From contig NC_134025.1 of the NCBI RefSeq assembly GCF_964204645.1, positions 8,432,001 through 8,496,000 on the forward strand: a stretch of DNA of 64,000 nt, written 5' to 3'. Position numbers and translations under genes: made by a program. Positions 42,452 to 54,900 of the stretch are shown here, in pieces. Source of the stretch: Tubulanus polymorphus (Eukaryota > Animalia > Nemertea). The notes beneath the pieces are model-generated. The model ran no database searches. It was not told where the DNA came from and was given only the letters and a program-made list of their open reading frames with translations. The first letter of the stretch is position 1. Each line of letters starts with the position of its first letter.

Positions 42452-44729
42452 GTAATCTTAGTTTTACTTTTGAATAGGCCCACCAGGTGGCAACACAAGC
42501 AAGACAGGTTTGGGCTAGTCTATGTCTAGCCGTTATTCCCAGGGGTAACCTGTCAGATTGTCTCGTATTCATACTTGGTTTGGGCATGCAGGTTTCCTAG
42601 GTCTACTCATCAGATTTAAAGCCCACTTTTTAGTCGCCTGCATTTATAGAGCTATTAATAGCTGGGTGGCAATGTAGAATGAAAAATCATTTTCTATTAT
42701 AATGTTTATTTGTGAAGACGCAAAAATAACAATTCAGTCTAGACAAGGGTTTAATACAATATTCGAATGCTCCACGTTTATAGCGTGATTTTCTTTCCAT
42801 ATAGAATCGTGATATCATTAATACTTCTCTGAGCTTAGAAAAGCTTTTCATTTTTATTGAATGTAAAACAGTTTTTCAATTTCTTTGATAGTATTCATCA
42901 AATTAATCAACGTAATATGAAGTATTGCTTAGATAACATTTGAATAAAAAGAAGAAAGATATTTTTCACTTTTAACTTTCTGTAAGGAGAACGAAGGCAA
43001 TCAAAACGAACAACCCTATTCAGGAACAGATGTCACTTGTCTCAAATTGGCATATTAGAATGATATATTGAGTCATTATTAACGACCATAATAACTAGGG
43101 AAACTATCCAATTATCGCTCAGCTGATAATTGGTCATAGTTGTTCTCCTCTGCTGACCATACATGACATCAATTCAAACAAATCCTTTATTTATTTCCTT
43201 TATTCCGCTTTGATGATGTCATAGTGAAAAAATAATCCTGAAGACAATTAATTTCGTAATTTGATCATTCATCAGGATATTAGACAATATAAAAAGGGGT
43301 GTAGTTGTGTAGGGCATAGCTTATTTTGATTATTGATAGAAGATTGAATGTTCGTTTCAAGCCTTCATCATTGATCAGGACTGTATCTCTTCATAAACAT
43401 TTAAGTCGAGTGCTATATGACTCAGTAGTCTCTTCACTGAAGCTAGGCGTGGCATGTGTTAGTTCTTGTTGCATTCTGAAATGATGTGATAAAATCTTCA
43501 AATTAGTGCGATATCAAACTTCTTACATACTTAGTCAATAGAATGGTCATTGCTAAGCGGAAATGTTGAATTTTCTCAGTTGTGCAGGAAATGATATCTT
43601 AATTCCAATCCATATTTTTTCGCGTCAGCATCATATTTGGCTCTGAAATAATTGTGAAACAACTGAACAACGGGCTCCTATTTACGAAGGGATTATTACG
43701 TCTTAAAACGACATCAAACTAATGAAATAGGAAAGCCAGAATAAGGAGCTTTATACTTAGCTACTATTGATTTGACTCTCAATTCATGTGAAATATTTAT
43801 CTGGTGACAAAGATACTGCAGTGCATAGTACTACGAGTGAATTATTACATCGTGTAATCCGTTCGGTGAATCAGCTAAAGTTTGTGACAGTCAGCGATTG
43901 TGTAATTGATGACAACCGTTGATGCTAACTGAACAAAAAAGCAAGCTTGGATAATTTCGCTTTTAATCGCAATCAAGTTGTGCGCTGTCATTGCCGGTAT
44001 AGCATTTATTAATATGCACTTATACTTATGGTGAAGAGTTGTTGAAAACGCGACACAGATTCTGAGGACTGGTCTTGTTCAGAAATTTGCATCTAAACAG
44101 CACTTGCGAAATTGGATAATTTGTTTCAAAAATTGTACAGAAGAGTGTTCCCGTGTAGTCGTGTGCTGAGATATTTGTAATCGTGCTGAACACGCTTTTT
44201 CAAGGGACGAACGTGTTTTGCGAAAATCGCGTCACACAATAACATTGAAGGAGTGCGATATTGTGCATACTCACAAAAGCAATGTATTGACCTGGGTTAA
44301 ATGAATGTCTCTTCGGAATCAAAGGCTCGGTATACAAAGTTTATATGCATATGCCATATAGTATAATACTGTAAAACTGAAAAATGACTGTTTTGTCATT
44401 GAGCGTTTGCAGGTAGTACTGTTTAAAGTGGATTTACGTACAGAAGTTAAATTGAAAGTAGTGGAATATACTCATTGGTAAAGTTTGTTTAACCATTTTG
44501 ACCTTGTGTTTTCCCAGGTTTGAAGGAAATCAGGCAGGTGGAACTGCTTACATTAGACATTCAGGTGTGACACTTTATATCTTACATTCACAACATTGAG
44601 CTCGTTTCTTGGATATAAAAACAACACGAAGTTCGATTGTAGAAGTTGACTAACTGTGGAAGGAAAGTAGCTATATGATTGAAATTGGTTTACTGAATAT
44701 CTGTTGAAAATTGGATCTGTCGTTGAAAA

Positions 44730-46820
44730 ATGGGAAATACTGGATTGAGTTGCGTCGGAAAGTCAGCTGATGCCCCATCTGGTAAAAAGGGGAAAGCTCC
44801 TATCACTATTCCTGATCCACCGACAAATGTCAGGATGATAAGTAAAACGTCAAATTCTATAACCATTGAATGGGACAAACCGGCCTATGATGGAGGTGAC
44901 TCAATTTTTGCATACACAGTTAAATTGTCGAGAGCAGCAAATCGTGGTTGGAAGAAGCTTGATAATGAAGTTGAGAATTTGACATTCACTGCGAAAGATT
45001 TAGACCCAGATACAGAATATATTTTCTTCGTGCAAGCAGAGAATGATCCCGGATTAAGCAAACCTAGTGAGATATCCGCACCATTTAAGACAGATGCTGA
45101 AATGAGGGAGGTCCCTGCCACTTCAGCTTCTGATGTGGGTGTCGTGGAGACGGTAGACAGTGCTATTGATGCTAAGCCAGATGGTGAGAAAGCCAATGAG
45201 AATGAAAACGAGAAGAAGAATGAAGAAAATGAAAATTCTGAAAGTAAAGATAACACTACCAGTCTCAGTACTTCTGCAGAGAAGTATGTTAAGAAAGAAA
45301 AGGAAGATGATAAGCAGTCTAGTTCTAGTGAAAGCGATAAGGAGAATGATGATCAAAAGAAAGAAGAATTTGATGTCAAAAATGCTACAGAGGGGATTAC
45401 AATTGAAGAGGAATCTTCTAATATTGAAGATCAAAATACAGCGGATAAAATAGATGATCTTAATGAAAATAAAGATAAGATTGAAGATGATAACAAAGGT
45501 TTTACAGTTGATTTAAAGTTAAGCGATGTTGTTGGAGACAAAAAGCATTCGTCAGCCTCATCTTCATCGTCGGATGATGATGATAAGGATATGGATACTG
45601 AAAAAGGCAATAAACATAAAGCAGCATTAGCTGGGGTCAGCTCTGACGACACTTTTAAAGCTGAAGCTCAAGATGTGAGCTGTGCTCATAATTCACTGTC
45701 TCGTGCTTATCAGTACAGCAATGACTCACTGTTAGATGACGAAACAAGTGAGGGAACAGAGAAAAATGACATCTTTACGAACAACCAAGCCAATCTTGAA
45801 ATGATGAAACGCTTCATCGAGATAGAGCCAATATCAGCAGAAAAGCATGAAGACATGGAGCTTGCTGGTCATAGCTACAAAGAAAACAGTGAACATCCTG
45901 TGGCGTATGACGACGAAGAGATTGACCACAGATTGAGCATAATATCAGAGAAATCCATGGAAGATTTAGATAAAGACAGCTCAATCAAAGTGATTGAGAA
46001 TTGTAAAACCATGAAGGATACTGAAAATCTTCGTCATGAGAATAGCATAACGGAAAATACTTCCATTGTAGAGCTGAATGGTAATACTGAAATCAAGACG
46101 GAGATTACAAAGATGACTTCATCCAGAATTCCAACTCTAGCTGGTACACGGGTTGACAGTCCTACAAGCATAGAAACTGTCACCTTAACTGCTACATCTA
46201 CTAAGTCAGAATCTAAGATTCCAACTTTGGGATCTGCTTTTTTGATGACATCTACAAAAATGACTAAACAATCGACTACACCACCATCGTCTCTGACACG
46301 GATGAAATCTGGAAGCAAGATTCGTCCAGAGTCTCCGGAAATCAATGTAGCTGTCAAGACTGAAGATGGAACTTCTCCGAGTGATATTAGGAAATCATCA
46401 ATACCTACAGTTGCCCGTAGAAGTTCTCTGCCTAAGGTGAAATCTGGAAGGTCAGACAGTCCATTACAGCGTCAGACATGTGATGATATGATACATTCAG
46501 AAAATAAAGATTCTCCGAGATCAGGTATACCTCGTCCCGGATCAGTAAATTCCAACAAATCATCATCATCCGATATCTCTGCCTGTTCAACACCAACACG
46601 AAGTCCACTGCCTGACAATAAACTCAACCAAACAGCGAAGTGCGGAATCCCAAAATCATCAAAAAGCGCAATTCCTCGATCTTCAAACATACCTGGACCA
46701 AAAATAAATAGTATTCAGGCTGGCAAAATGGCTACTCCGGGACTAGAGAAGGTGACCGTAAAGAACACTCAATACAGCCAGTCGCTGCGTGGAGATCTGA
46801 ACACCCATAGCGACACATAA
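44730..46820 (+). CDS. Intron-nested intronless 696-aa ORF: MG..C N-terminus, Fn3, acidic low-complexity region, basic S/T/P-rich tail with multiple SxIP motifs
   Basis: 2091-nt uninterrupted ORF. Start context aaaaATGG with an in-frame TGA two codons upstream. Fn3 PDPPTNV..IEWDKPAYDGG..YIFFVQAEN..G.S. Possible 5'UTR intron 44413-44517. AATAAA at 47263. Confidence 0.85.
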   Translation: MGNTGLSCVGKSADAPSGKKGKAPITIPDPPTNVRMISKTSNSITIEWDKPAYDGGDSIFAYTVKLSRAANRGWKKLDNEVENLTFTAKDLDPDTEYIFFVQAENDPGLSKPSEISAPFKTDAEMREVPATSASDVGVVETVDSAIDAKPDGEKANENENEKKNEENENSESKDNTTSLSTSAEKYVKKEKEDDKQSSSSESDKENDDQKKEEFDVKNATEGITIEEESSNIEDQNTADKIDDLNENKDKIEDDNKGFTVDLKLSDVVGDKKHSSASSSSSDDDDKDMDTEKGNKHKAALAGVSSDDTFKAEAQDVSCAHNSLSRAYQYSNDSLLDDETSEGTEKNDIFTNNQANLEMMKRFIEIEPISAEKHEDMELAGHSYKENSEHPVAYDDEEIDHRLSIISEKSMEDLDKDSSIKVIENCKTMKDTENLRHENSITENTSIVELNGNTEIKTEITKMTSSRIPTLAGTRVDSPTSIETVTLTATSTKSESKIPTLGSAFLMTSTKMTKQSTTPPSSLTRMKSGSKIRPESPEINVAVKTEDGTSPSDIRKSSIPTVARRSSLPKVKSGRSDSPLQRQTCDDMIHSENKDSPRSGIPRPGSVNSNKSSSSDISACSTPTRSPLPDNKLNQTAKCGIPKSSKSAIPRSSNIPGPKINSIQAGKMATPGLEKVTVKNTQYSQSLRGDLNTHSDT

Positions 46821-47262
46821 TGTATCACTTGAATTGCTCAAAATAACTTTATTTTAATGTATGGAATAATATATAAAAACAGTGACTTAAAATGAAATGG
46901 CATCCGCCATGGTGTAAGCAGGTACTTTTAAATTTCGGATGTTCAAATATTTTGATCCTCTGATTGCTGAACTGTGCCGTATTCGTACTTGGACTACACC
47001 ATGGATACAATAGTATCACCATCAGGACTGTGATAGATTATACATAGAGACATACATATAAACGCTGCTATCATATTTACTATTACTACTAAATGTAAAT
47101 CATTACAAGTATCTGCCTCCGAATTGCAAAACTTGGGAAATTGTACACGAAACGCACAAATTCGAAGGATTTTAGACACAGTTACGAAGGAATTCAAAGT
47201 TATTTTTTAGCTATAGCTTGATCCTGTTAACATAGATAAACTGAGCTTTGCTAGTGACACAT

Positions 47263-47268
47263 AATAAA
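47263..47268 (+). terminator. Candidate polyadenylation signal for the nested ORF
   Basis: AATAAA about 440 nt after the stop at 46820, followed by a GT/T-rich stretch. The AT-rich background makes chance occurrence possible. Confidence 0.35.
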
Positions 47269-47543
47269 CAGTATGTTTTTTACCGCGACATTATAATATA
47301 ATCTTTTAATGATATTTTGAATATTCATCTGATAGTGAGATTTTTTAGTTAGGATTTGGAATTATAGTTTAGCTGTTTTATCGCGAGTGCGCATAGATGA
47401 CAAGGAAGAATGAACTTTTTTGCAACAATGTAAAGACTGGTGAATGTTTTTAATGCCATCTATTAATCATTGTTGCTGCTGTGAGAAAACATTTATATCT
47501 GGATTATTTCTGTGACTGCGTATATGTACATACTGGTATATCA

Positions 47544-47580
47544 ATGGACTTTGCATCAAGAGAGCTTCACGTTCTGCAGG
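47544..47580 (+). CDS. Candidate alternative first coding exon (MDFASRELHVLQ) for a stand-alone MLCK isoform
   Basis: tcaATGG start, 37 nt, near-consensus donor agg|gtgagt. Phase 1, matching the acceptor at 48973. Confidence 0.6.
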
Positions 47581-48972
47581 GTGAGTGGTATTCGAATGAC
47601 TTATTTATTTGAAAAAAAAATAGATTCCAGATTTCGCTTGAAATTATTTGCAATTCAAGTCGAACACTGGCACTCAATAAGTAGGTAACTCACATCACTA
47701 AAGTAAATAGTTGATTTTTGGTTAATTATCCGAAATGTTAATTGCCACCACTTGTGTTTCTGATCTGTGGAAGGTTACTATCGAATCATTTTAGAAATTC
47801 ACTACACATATGATTAATGATATAAATAGAAAATGATTTTGATATTAACAACAATAATGAATTCAAATTGGCAATAACGATTTAACCGGTATTTCATTAT
47901 CTATTGTCCTTTTCGATGCCTGTGATCCTTTTACGTACAAGGTTTAAGACTGAAAAATTTGAAAAAAGGTCATCCATAATGAAACATGTTTTGTGTGATT
48001 TGTTGTTACTATGCATTTTGGGTGATATATAATATCTACCAACTGGATTATTTTATGATACGAAAAACCAGTTTTGGGAATGAATTATTCAGTGTTGAGG
48101 TCTCTTTTTACATATATACAATTAAGTTAATTCTCTCCAAACCGCTCTGACCCATTTCAGTACTATTTCTTATTCAGTACCATACTGAATCACCGATCAA
48201 TTCTCTCTTGTTAAGTTTACTATTTTTCAAAGGCAATCTCCGCTCTTTAGAAATTCCTTCTGAATGTTAAATGTTCCAATGAGAATAGAATGCGAAAGAA
48301 ATGATTTAGTACACTCGCTAGGCTGGTCTTTTCTTATGAAATGAGCGCTAAATCTAGATTGTGGTTTTTCATAAGGTATGATTGCGGTAGGCTGGGGTTA
48401 TTTCAAATTTGAATATTCAATTAATCCACTTATGTAACCATGCATTTTTTCATTATGGTTTTGTAGTTTATTCGATCTTATCGTGCATATATGTATATTA
48501 TAATATAGTGCTGGTACCACCATGATAGTTACATTATCATGAGCTATTAACCTTCAGTAGCATTTGTTCAACCTTTGGTTGTAAATGTGCCAAAGTCGAC
48601 GCTTGATTAGGTGTAATTCTAACCTTTTACCATAATTTTTACCCAGTAGATACACAGTAGTGTCAATATCTTCATCAAGGCAGAGAGTTGTATATTTTCT
48701 ATCTGAGATCATTTAATCTCTCAAATACACTGTGGGTATTCTGAATAATGTCAAATTTGTTCATTTAACATCAAATCATTTCCTTTCAATATCTGTTTTT
48801 CAAAGGTATTTCTCTCGGCAATTGATAAGGTACTAAGTGCATAATAATAGACTACAATGAGGACTGGTTTTTAATGGGCAATATAAAGCCTGAGATGGGA
48901 ATGTATAACTTGCGCTCCTTGGAATGTTGTCATGACAGGATTGAGATTACTAAATTTTGTGTTATGTTCCAG

Positions 48973-51900
48973 CTGCAATAAAAACAACAAAAAAGAAGGA
49001 CAAATCACCACCTCCTATTGTCAAAGATGTGGAAATGGTAGAAGAAGAACCAGTTCCTATGATGAAGACCACCGAACCTATTAGTATGTTGATGATTTTT
49101 GCTACGTTCAACATGATTTCAATGAATGAATATAAAATGACTAATAAAAATTGTAATACACGATGTATCTGTTTAACGTAGAATACTGTCAATGTTTGCA
49201 AGCATTCACCTTAAACAATGGTTTTCGATATTAACAATTTTCCTCGTAGGCAAAACACCAAAGGTAAAGAAGATCAAAGAATATCCGCCTCGTTTTATCA
49301 TAAAACCACGAAAAGTTGCAGTAGATGAAGGTTCGTCGGCGAAGTTTCGTATAACATTAGACGGTGAACCGTTACCGACTGTTACCTGGGAAAAGGATGG
49401 TGAACTACTATCCTCAGGCGAAAAGTATCAGGTAATGAAAACAGATTGATCTATATACAAATATAATTTCATAAATAGAGTAGGTATCGATCACAGATTT
49501 TCAGTATTGCATAGAATTGTAAAATTACATGCACATACATAAGATGGCAATCATGGGTCAAATGTATGAGTCTATTCATAGTACAGTAGGGCGGCTCCTA
49601 TTTTCAGCAGTCTTATTTGGTAAATCAAGATCCATTTGAAAATGATACCATGAAAACAATATGGGTGTATAACACATTTTTTAGCTTGAGACTTAAAAAA
49701 TATATGCAAGGAAATATCATGAAAAATTGTGCTGTAGGGAAAGAGAATATTCATTTAATGTTTTCTTTTGATCGAATTTTTAGATTCATTCTGATACCGA
49801 AGGCTATTATTATTTGGAGATTGGCAACACGACGAAAGCTGATGAAGGGTTGTACACTTGTGTACTTTCCAACTCGGTTGGTAAAGAATCCCTCTCAGCT
49901 TCACTTACTATCAATGAAACCATTAAACCTCTGGCCGAACAAAATTTTGCACCAGTCTTTGAACATGAATTGGAAGACATAACTGTCACTGATGGAGAAT
50001 CACCAGTTTGGCGTTGCAATGTAAAAGGTCAGTTTAGTGTCAATTTATTTTCTACTATTAAAGCCAAAAGGTGAATTCATGAATGAAATACACTGTGTTC
50101 GGATTTTTTTAGTGCATCAGTGAAATGAAAATAGATGATAATTTCAGTGGATTATAGAAATTAATACTTTCATACAGATGTTCTCGCCTTATCAATGAAA
50201 CATGTGTCAGATGTATTAGATTACTGTTTCAATTCAGAGTAAATTACGTAAATATGTGCATACGCAGTCGGTGTCATTTATTCAATATTCGTAGCTTGAA
50301 ATCTTTCTAATGTTATAAACTATGATTTGTGGCATCTGTCGTGCTTGTTTCGTCCAGATTGACATCGTTTGATATAAGTTTCTATATATGTTACACTTGA
50401 TCTAACTTTTTCTGGCATTCGATTACTAGTGAAAATGTGCTGTGATATATAATCTAGGAGTGTTGCTCACTTGTCCACTTCAAATAATATGGATAATATC
50501 GAGTTTATATGGAATTGCAGGAAAACCAGTGCCAACTATATCTTGGTATCGCGAAGGTAAAATCTTGCCTCCATCAAAAGACTTCAAACAGACATATGAC
50601 AGCAAAACAGCGAAGCTAACCATTCCAGAAATTTTCCCTGAGGATGAAGGCATATTCGAGTGTGTTGCTAAGAATGATGCTGGTGAAGCCCGTTCAAAAT
50701 CACATCTTCGAGTAACTGGTAAGTATACGCCTCCAGTACCCTGGGTCTATTTACACAATAGCTCTGAATTTTATTATTTTCAATTAAATTTAACTAACAA
50801 CCTCACTTTATTTCATCAGCGCCTCAAAGGCATATCACCTCTGGTATATACAAGCTTCGAGTACTTTTTACGTGATTTAATTCATTTGATCAAGATAAAA
50901 TATACTTGACATATCCTGTTCATACACTTCATAGTGCACACAAAATGTTTGGTCACTTTGTAGATAAAATAATAACTCTTGTAAATATCAATTGCTCTTC
51001 TCATCTTAATGGCTCTGAATTATATTAAGATTTGTGCTTTTCATTACCTCTTGCAGCTAATTCTGTAACAATTGCTGCAATCTGTCACTGGAATGTACTG
51101 CTGAAATAAACAGAAATATTCTTTCAATGGAGCCTTTGAGATCAGATATATTGTATTACATGATTCAAGTAATCATTGCCAGTTATGGCTTTGAATCAGC
51201 GATTTACTTACTTGAGTCAACAACTCAATCAATGGGTTGAACATGGCCCCTTTTTCATTTAATTTGTTGGCAAACACTGAAAAAAGCTTGTACCTTTGAG
51301 ATATTTATTGATCAAGGGGCTTCTAATTGACCGATAACACTCAATATACAATGATCATTGCATGCTTATTATATGCTTTACAGTGCCAGATCACAGTATG
51401 AAGAAACCGCCTGTATTTGTGAAGGAACTTTCTCCAAAAAGAGTGAATGATGGTGAAAAAATAGTTCTCGAATGTACTGTCAATGGTAAGATTTAAGAAG
51501 AGATCATTCCAGTTAAAACTAATTGCTAAACATAGATCTTTTTTGTGGCTTTTTTTACCTAAGATATTGTTGAATTCATGCAAAATCTATTTCTAATGTA
51601 GGAAATCCTGAGCCAGTGATTACTTGGTTTAAAGACAAGACTGAGCTTAAGTCGACTGCTGATTTCCGTCTGTTGTTTGATGGAGCAACTGCTCGCCTAG
51701 AGATCGACGAGGTTTACATGGACGATGATGGTGAATATGTCTGCATAGCAAAAAATCCCGTCGGAGAAGTAAAGACATCCAGTAAAGTCACTGTCATTGG
51801 TAAATATTGAATAATTTAACTAATGATAGGATAGATCAACTGTAGTCAGCAATTGGAAGCCAATGTCTTAATTACTGGCATTGATTGTGGCACTTGCTTG

Positions 51901-54900
51901 TTTGGAGAACTGTAGTTAGTCAATATTATATCAGATATATACAAATGTACACACATGACTACCGGTACTGCAGTTGGTTCTCTGATATGTCATAAGTATG
52001 TGTTCAGCTTGTAAGGATATGATTTGTTTCAAAATAATATTGCGTCATTTTGGATTGTCAGGTCAAAAATCGAGTACATCCAGTTCCGATGGCCGCCATG
52101 GCGAGCGGTCACCACCGCGATTCACAAAAGAATTGCAGGATCAAGAAGTTATGGATGGTGACCGTGTTGAAATGGCTGTCAAAGTCAAGGGTAAGTTGAA
52201 GTGATTCAAACCTAATTTGTTATGCTATGCTATTTACAAACTGTCTTCTAGTTTTCTGAAGTTAGTATTTTATCTCTTAAATTGAATGAAACTCTCATTA
52301 CTAATTTTTCTAATTTTGAAGAACTTATAGTTGCATGGAGTGGTTTAACCTGGGAATTTTCAGTATTCACCAGCCTGCTCCTGCATGAAAAGCCTTGTTA
52401 TTTCGCACAAATTCATTCCAGGTAGACCGGTTTGGGTCCGTAATCAAATCAAGCTCTTCCCACATATCCCAGTTCACAAAAAATTCCAACACTCCGGCAT
52501 GCAAAAACCTGTTTCAAACGGTGATATAGGCACAGCATGTCACTTATTCAAAGGTAAATAGAGCACCAGATTCAAATGTGCTCATATCGGTATTATATTT
52601 ACCATTTAGAATAGAATTTATTATATGTTCGATAATTGATATTCATTGCATGTTCAGTTTTTTTGTCATACTGACTACTAACCTACGTTTAAGTGTAAGT
52701 TAATGATAATCTCATTTAACCATCAAACATGTCTCGATAGGGATTAAATGTTACCCAGTGTATATAATCCATGTGATGTTTTGTGTTGACTTAATCTATC
52801 TCGTATTGCATTGCACTAGCATCTGTTAAACCACATCATGCATGTCTCATTTAGGGATTTCATAGGACATTTTCGACAATATTCATACATATTGATTATC
52901 ACATAGAACGTCTCATTAAGAAAAGCTTTTGCGTAGTAGCAAAAATTCATAGATTAGTCTTTATGAATTTTTGGTAATAGGCATATTACCTACCTTATAC
53001 CTATTGTTTTGTCATTGTTGTGTACACACACCCCTGTTTTGTGATTACAGGAGCACCCCATGAATCTGTGTTTTATAGTACTGATGATTCCTTTGCCGGT
53101 AAATGTTTAACTTAGTTTCCTTCTTGCTGAAACTTGTTGAAATGTCTTTGTTAGCTTCTTTGGAGATGAAATATCATTCAATTTATCATTATTCGCTTCA
53201 TGAATTTCAGCAATTTTTTCTATAATATTCTCTAAGATTGAATACTTTAAAAAATCAATGTATCATTATGAATCAATAGAACTATTCAATCTTGGTGGAA
53301 TCCAATTGCACAATAATTGTAGTAAATCCTAAATAACTGAAGCAAACCTGCATATCTTGAAAACCTTGCACATAGATAATGTATCAATGACCTGCATGCT
53401 TAAAACATAGAAATCTTCATATTAATTAAATTCATAAAATCTATGTTTTTTAGACATATAATTCGTACAGTGCTTATGAATCTCTTTTTTAGAATCTGAG
53501 GATGAAATTCAGCCAGAGTTCATTAAAAAGCTTGAACCACTCAGCATTGAGGAAGGATCTACTGCTACTTTAACTGTTGAAATTGAAGCCAATCCTCCGG
53601 CCACTGTTCAATGGTCAAAAGATGGAAAGAAAGTCAAGAAATCGGAACGATTTAAAGTTAAACACACTGGATCTGTTTATACATTAGAAATCTCTCATAC
53701 TTTGGCGACAGATGCTGGAAAATATACTTGTACTGCTGAAAATATTAAAGGTTCTATAAAATGTGAGATGAATCTCATGGTAGCTGAACTGCCGGAGGCC
53801 GACTCAGGCATGGACTATCGGACCTTGCTCAAATCTCGTCCCGAATTACAAGAAGCCTCAGCCGATGAAGAGTTGACTGAAGATAAAGAGGTTTCACAAC
53901 ATGATTTCCGCGATGTTATTAAGAGACATGGTGTAAAGCCAAAACAACGACCAGAATTCAAAACAAAACTAGTCGACCAGAATGTAAAAGAAGGAAGTGA
54001 GGTGACCATGTCATGTGAAGTTGTTGGAAATCCAGAGCCAACTATTCAATGGCAACAGAATGGAAAGGATATTAAGGTAATTTGCATAATTGGTACATTT
54101 TATGAATCAATATCATGAGGAACTAATTTTGATTGAATCTTAATCTCATCTTTCGAAATATCTCATATGATTATTTTGAAAGCTTATATTTTAACTAATT
54201 CGTTTGATTTCAATTTTTTCAGCAATCACGATTTTTCAAAATGTCCTATGATGATGTAGTGGCTAAGCTTGTAATAGCTGAAGCTTATCCCGAAGATGAG
54301 GGAGAGTACACCTGCAAGGCCACAAATGAAGGCGGTACTGCTTCACAGACATGCGATCTTTATGTTGATGGTAAGTACCTGATAACTTTTTGACTTGAAA
54401 AAAAAAAAACAAACAATGCACTGAATGCATAATCAGCTGGCTCGTTCCATTAAGAAATAACATTCACTGGGAATTTCTTACAAGTTGCATAGTCGAGTAT
54501 GATTGGTATCAAAACAACTGTAAATGTTTGTGAATTCTTCCCTGGTTTTTATAAGAAATACATAAATGAGATTTGCAATTAAGTGTTGGAGGCTCTTGGG
54601 ACTAGAATAGCTGTGTAAAATAGGTTGACAAACCTAATCAAATTTTGCCCAGTTAACATACAGTATTATGTGATTAAATACATTATTGACTTGAAAATAA
54701 AATTTGAATATGTCCAACATCTTTGTCCTTGAGTAAAGATTTCTTTGAATTCTGTGAGGTTATTAATCAACCTTTTGAGTAATAAGTAGTGATTCTAAAC
54801 CAGTTGAGTAAGTTATTTTTCGTAATATAATCATGATTTCTTGAAATATAGATTTGCAACGTAATATCTAGATAGTAGGTTGAACTCTGATTTGAACTAT

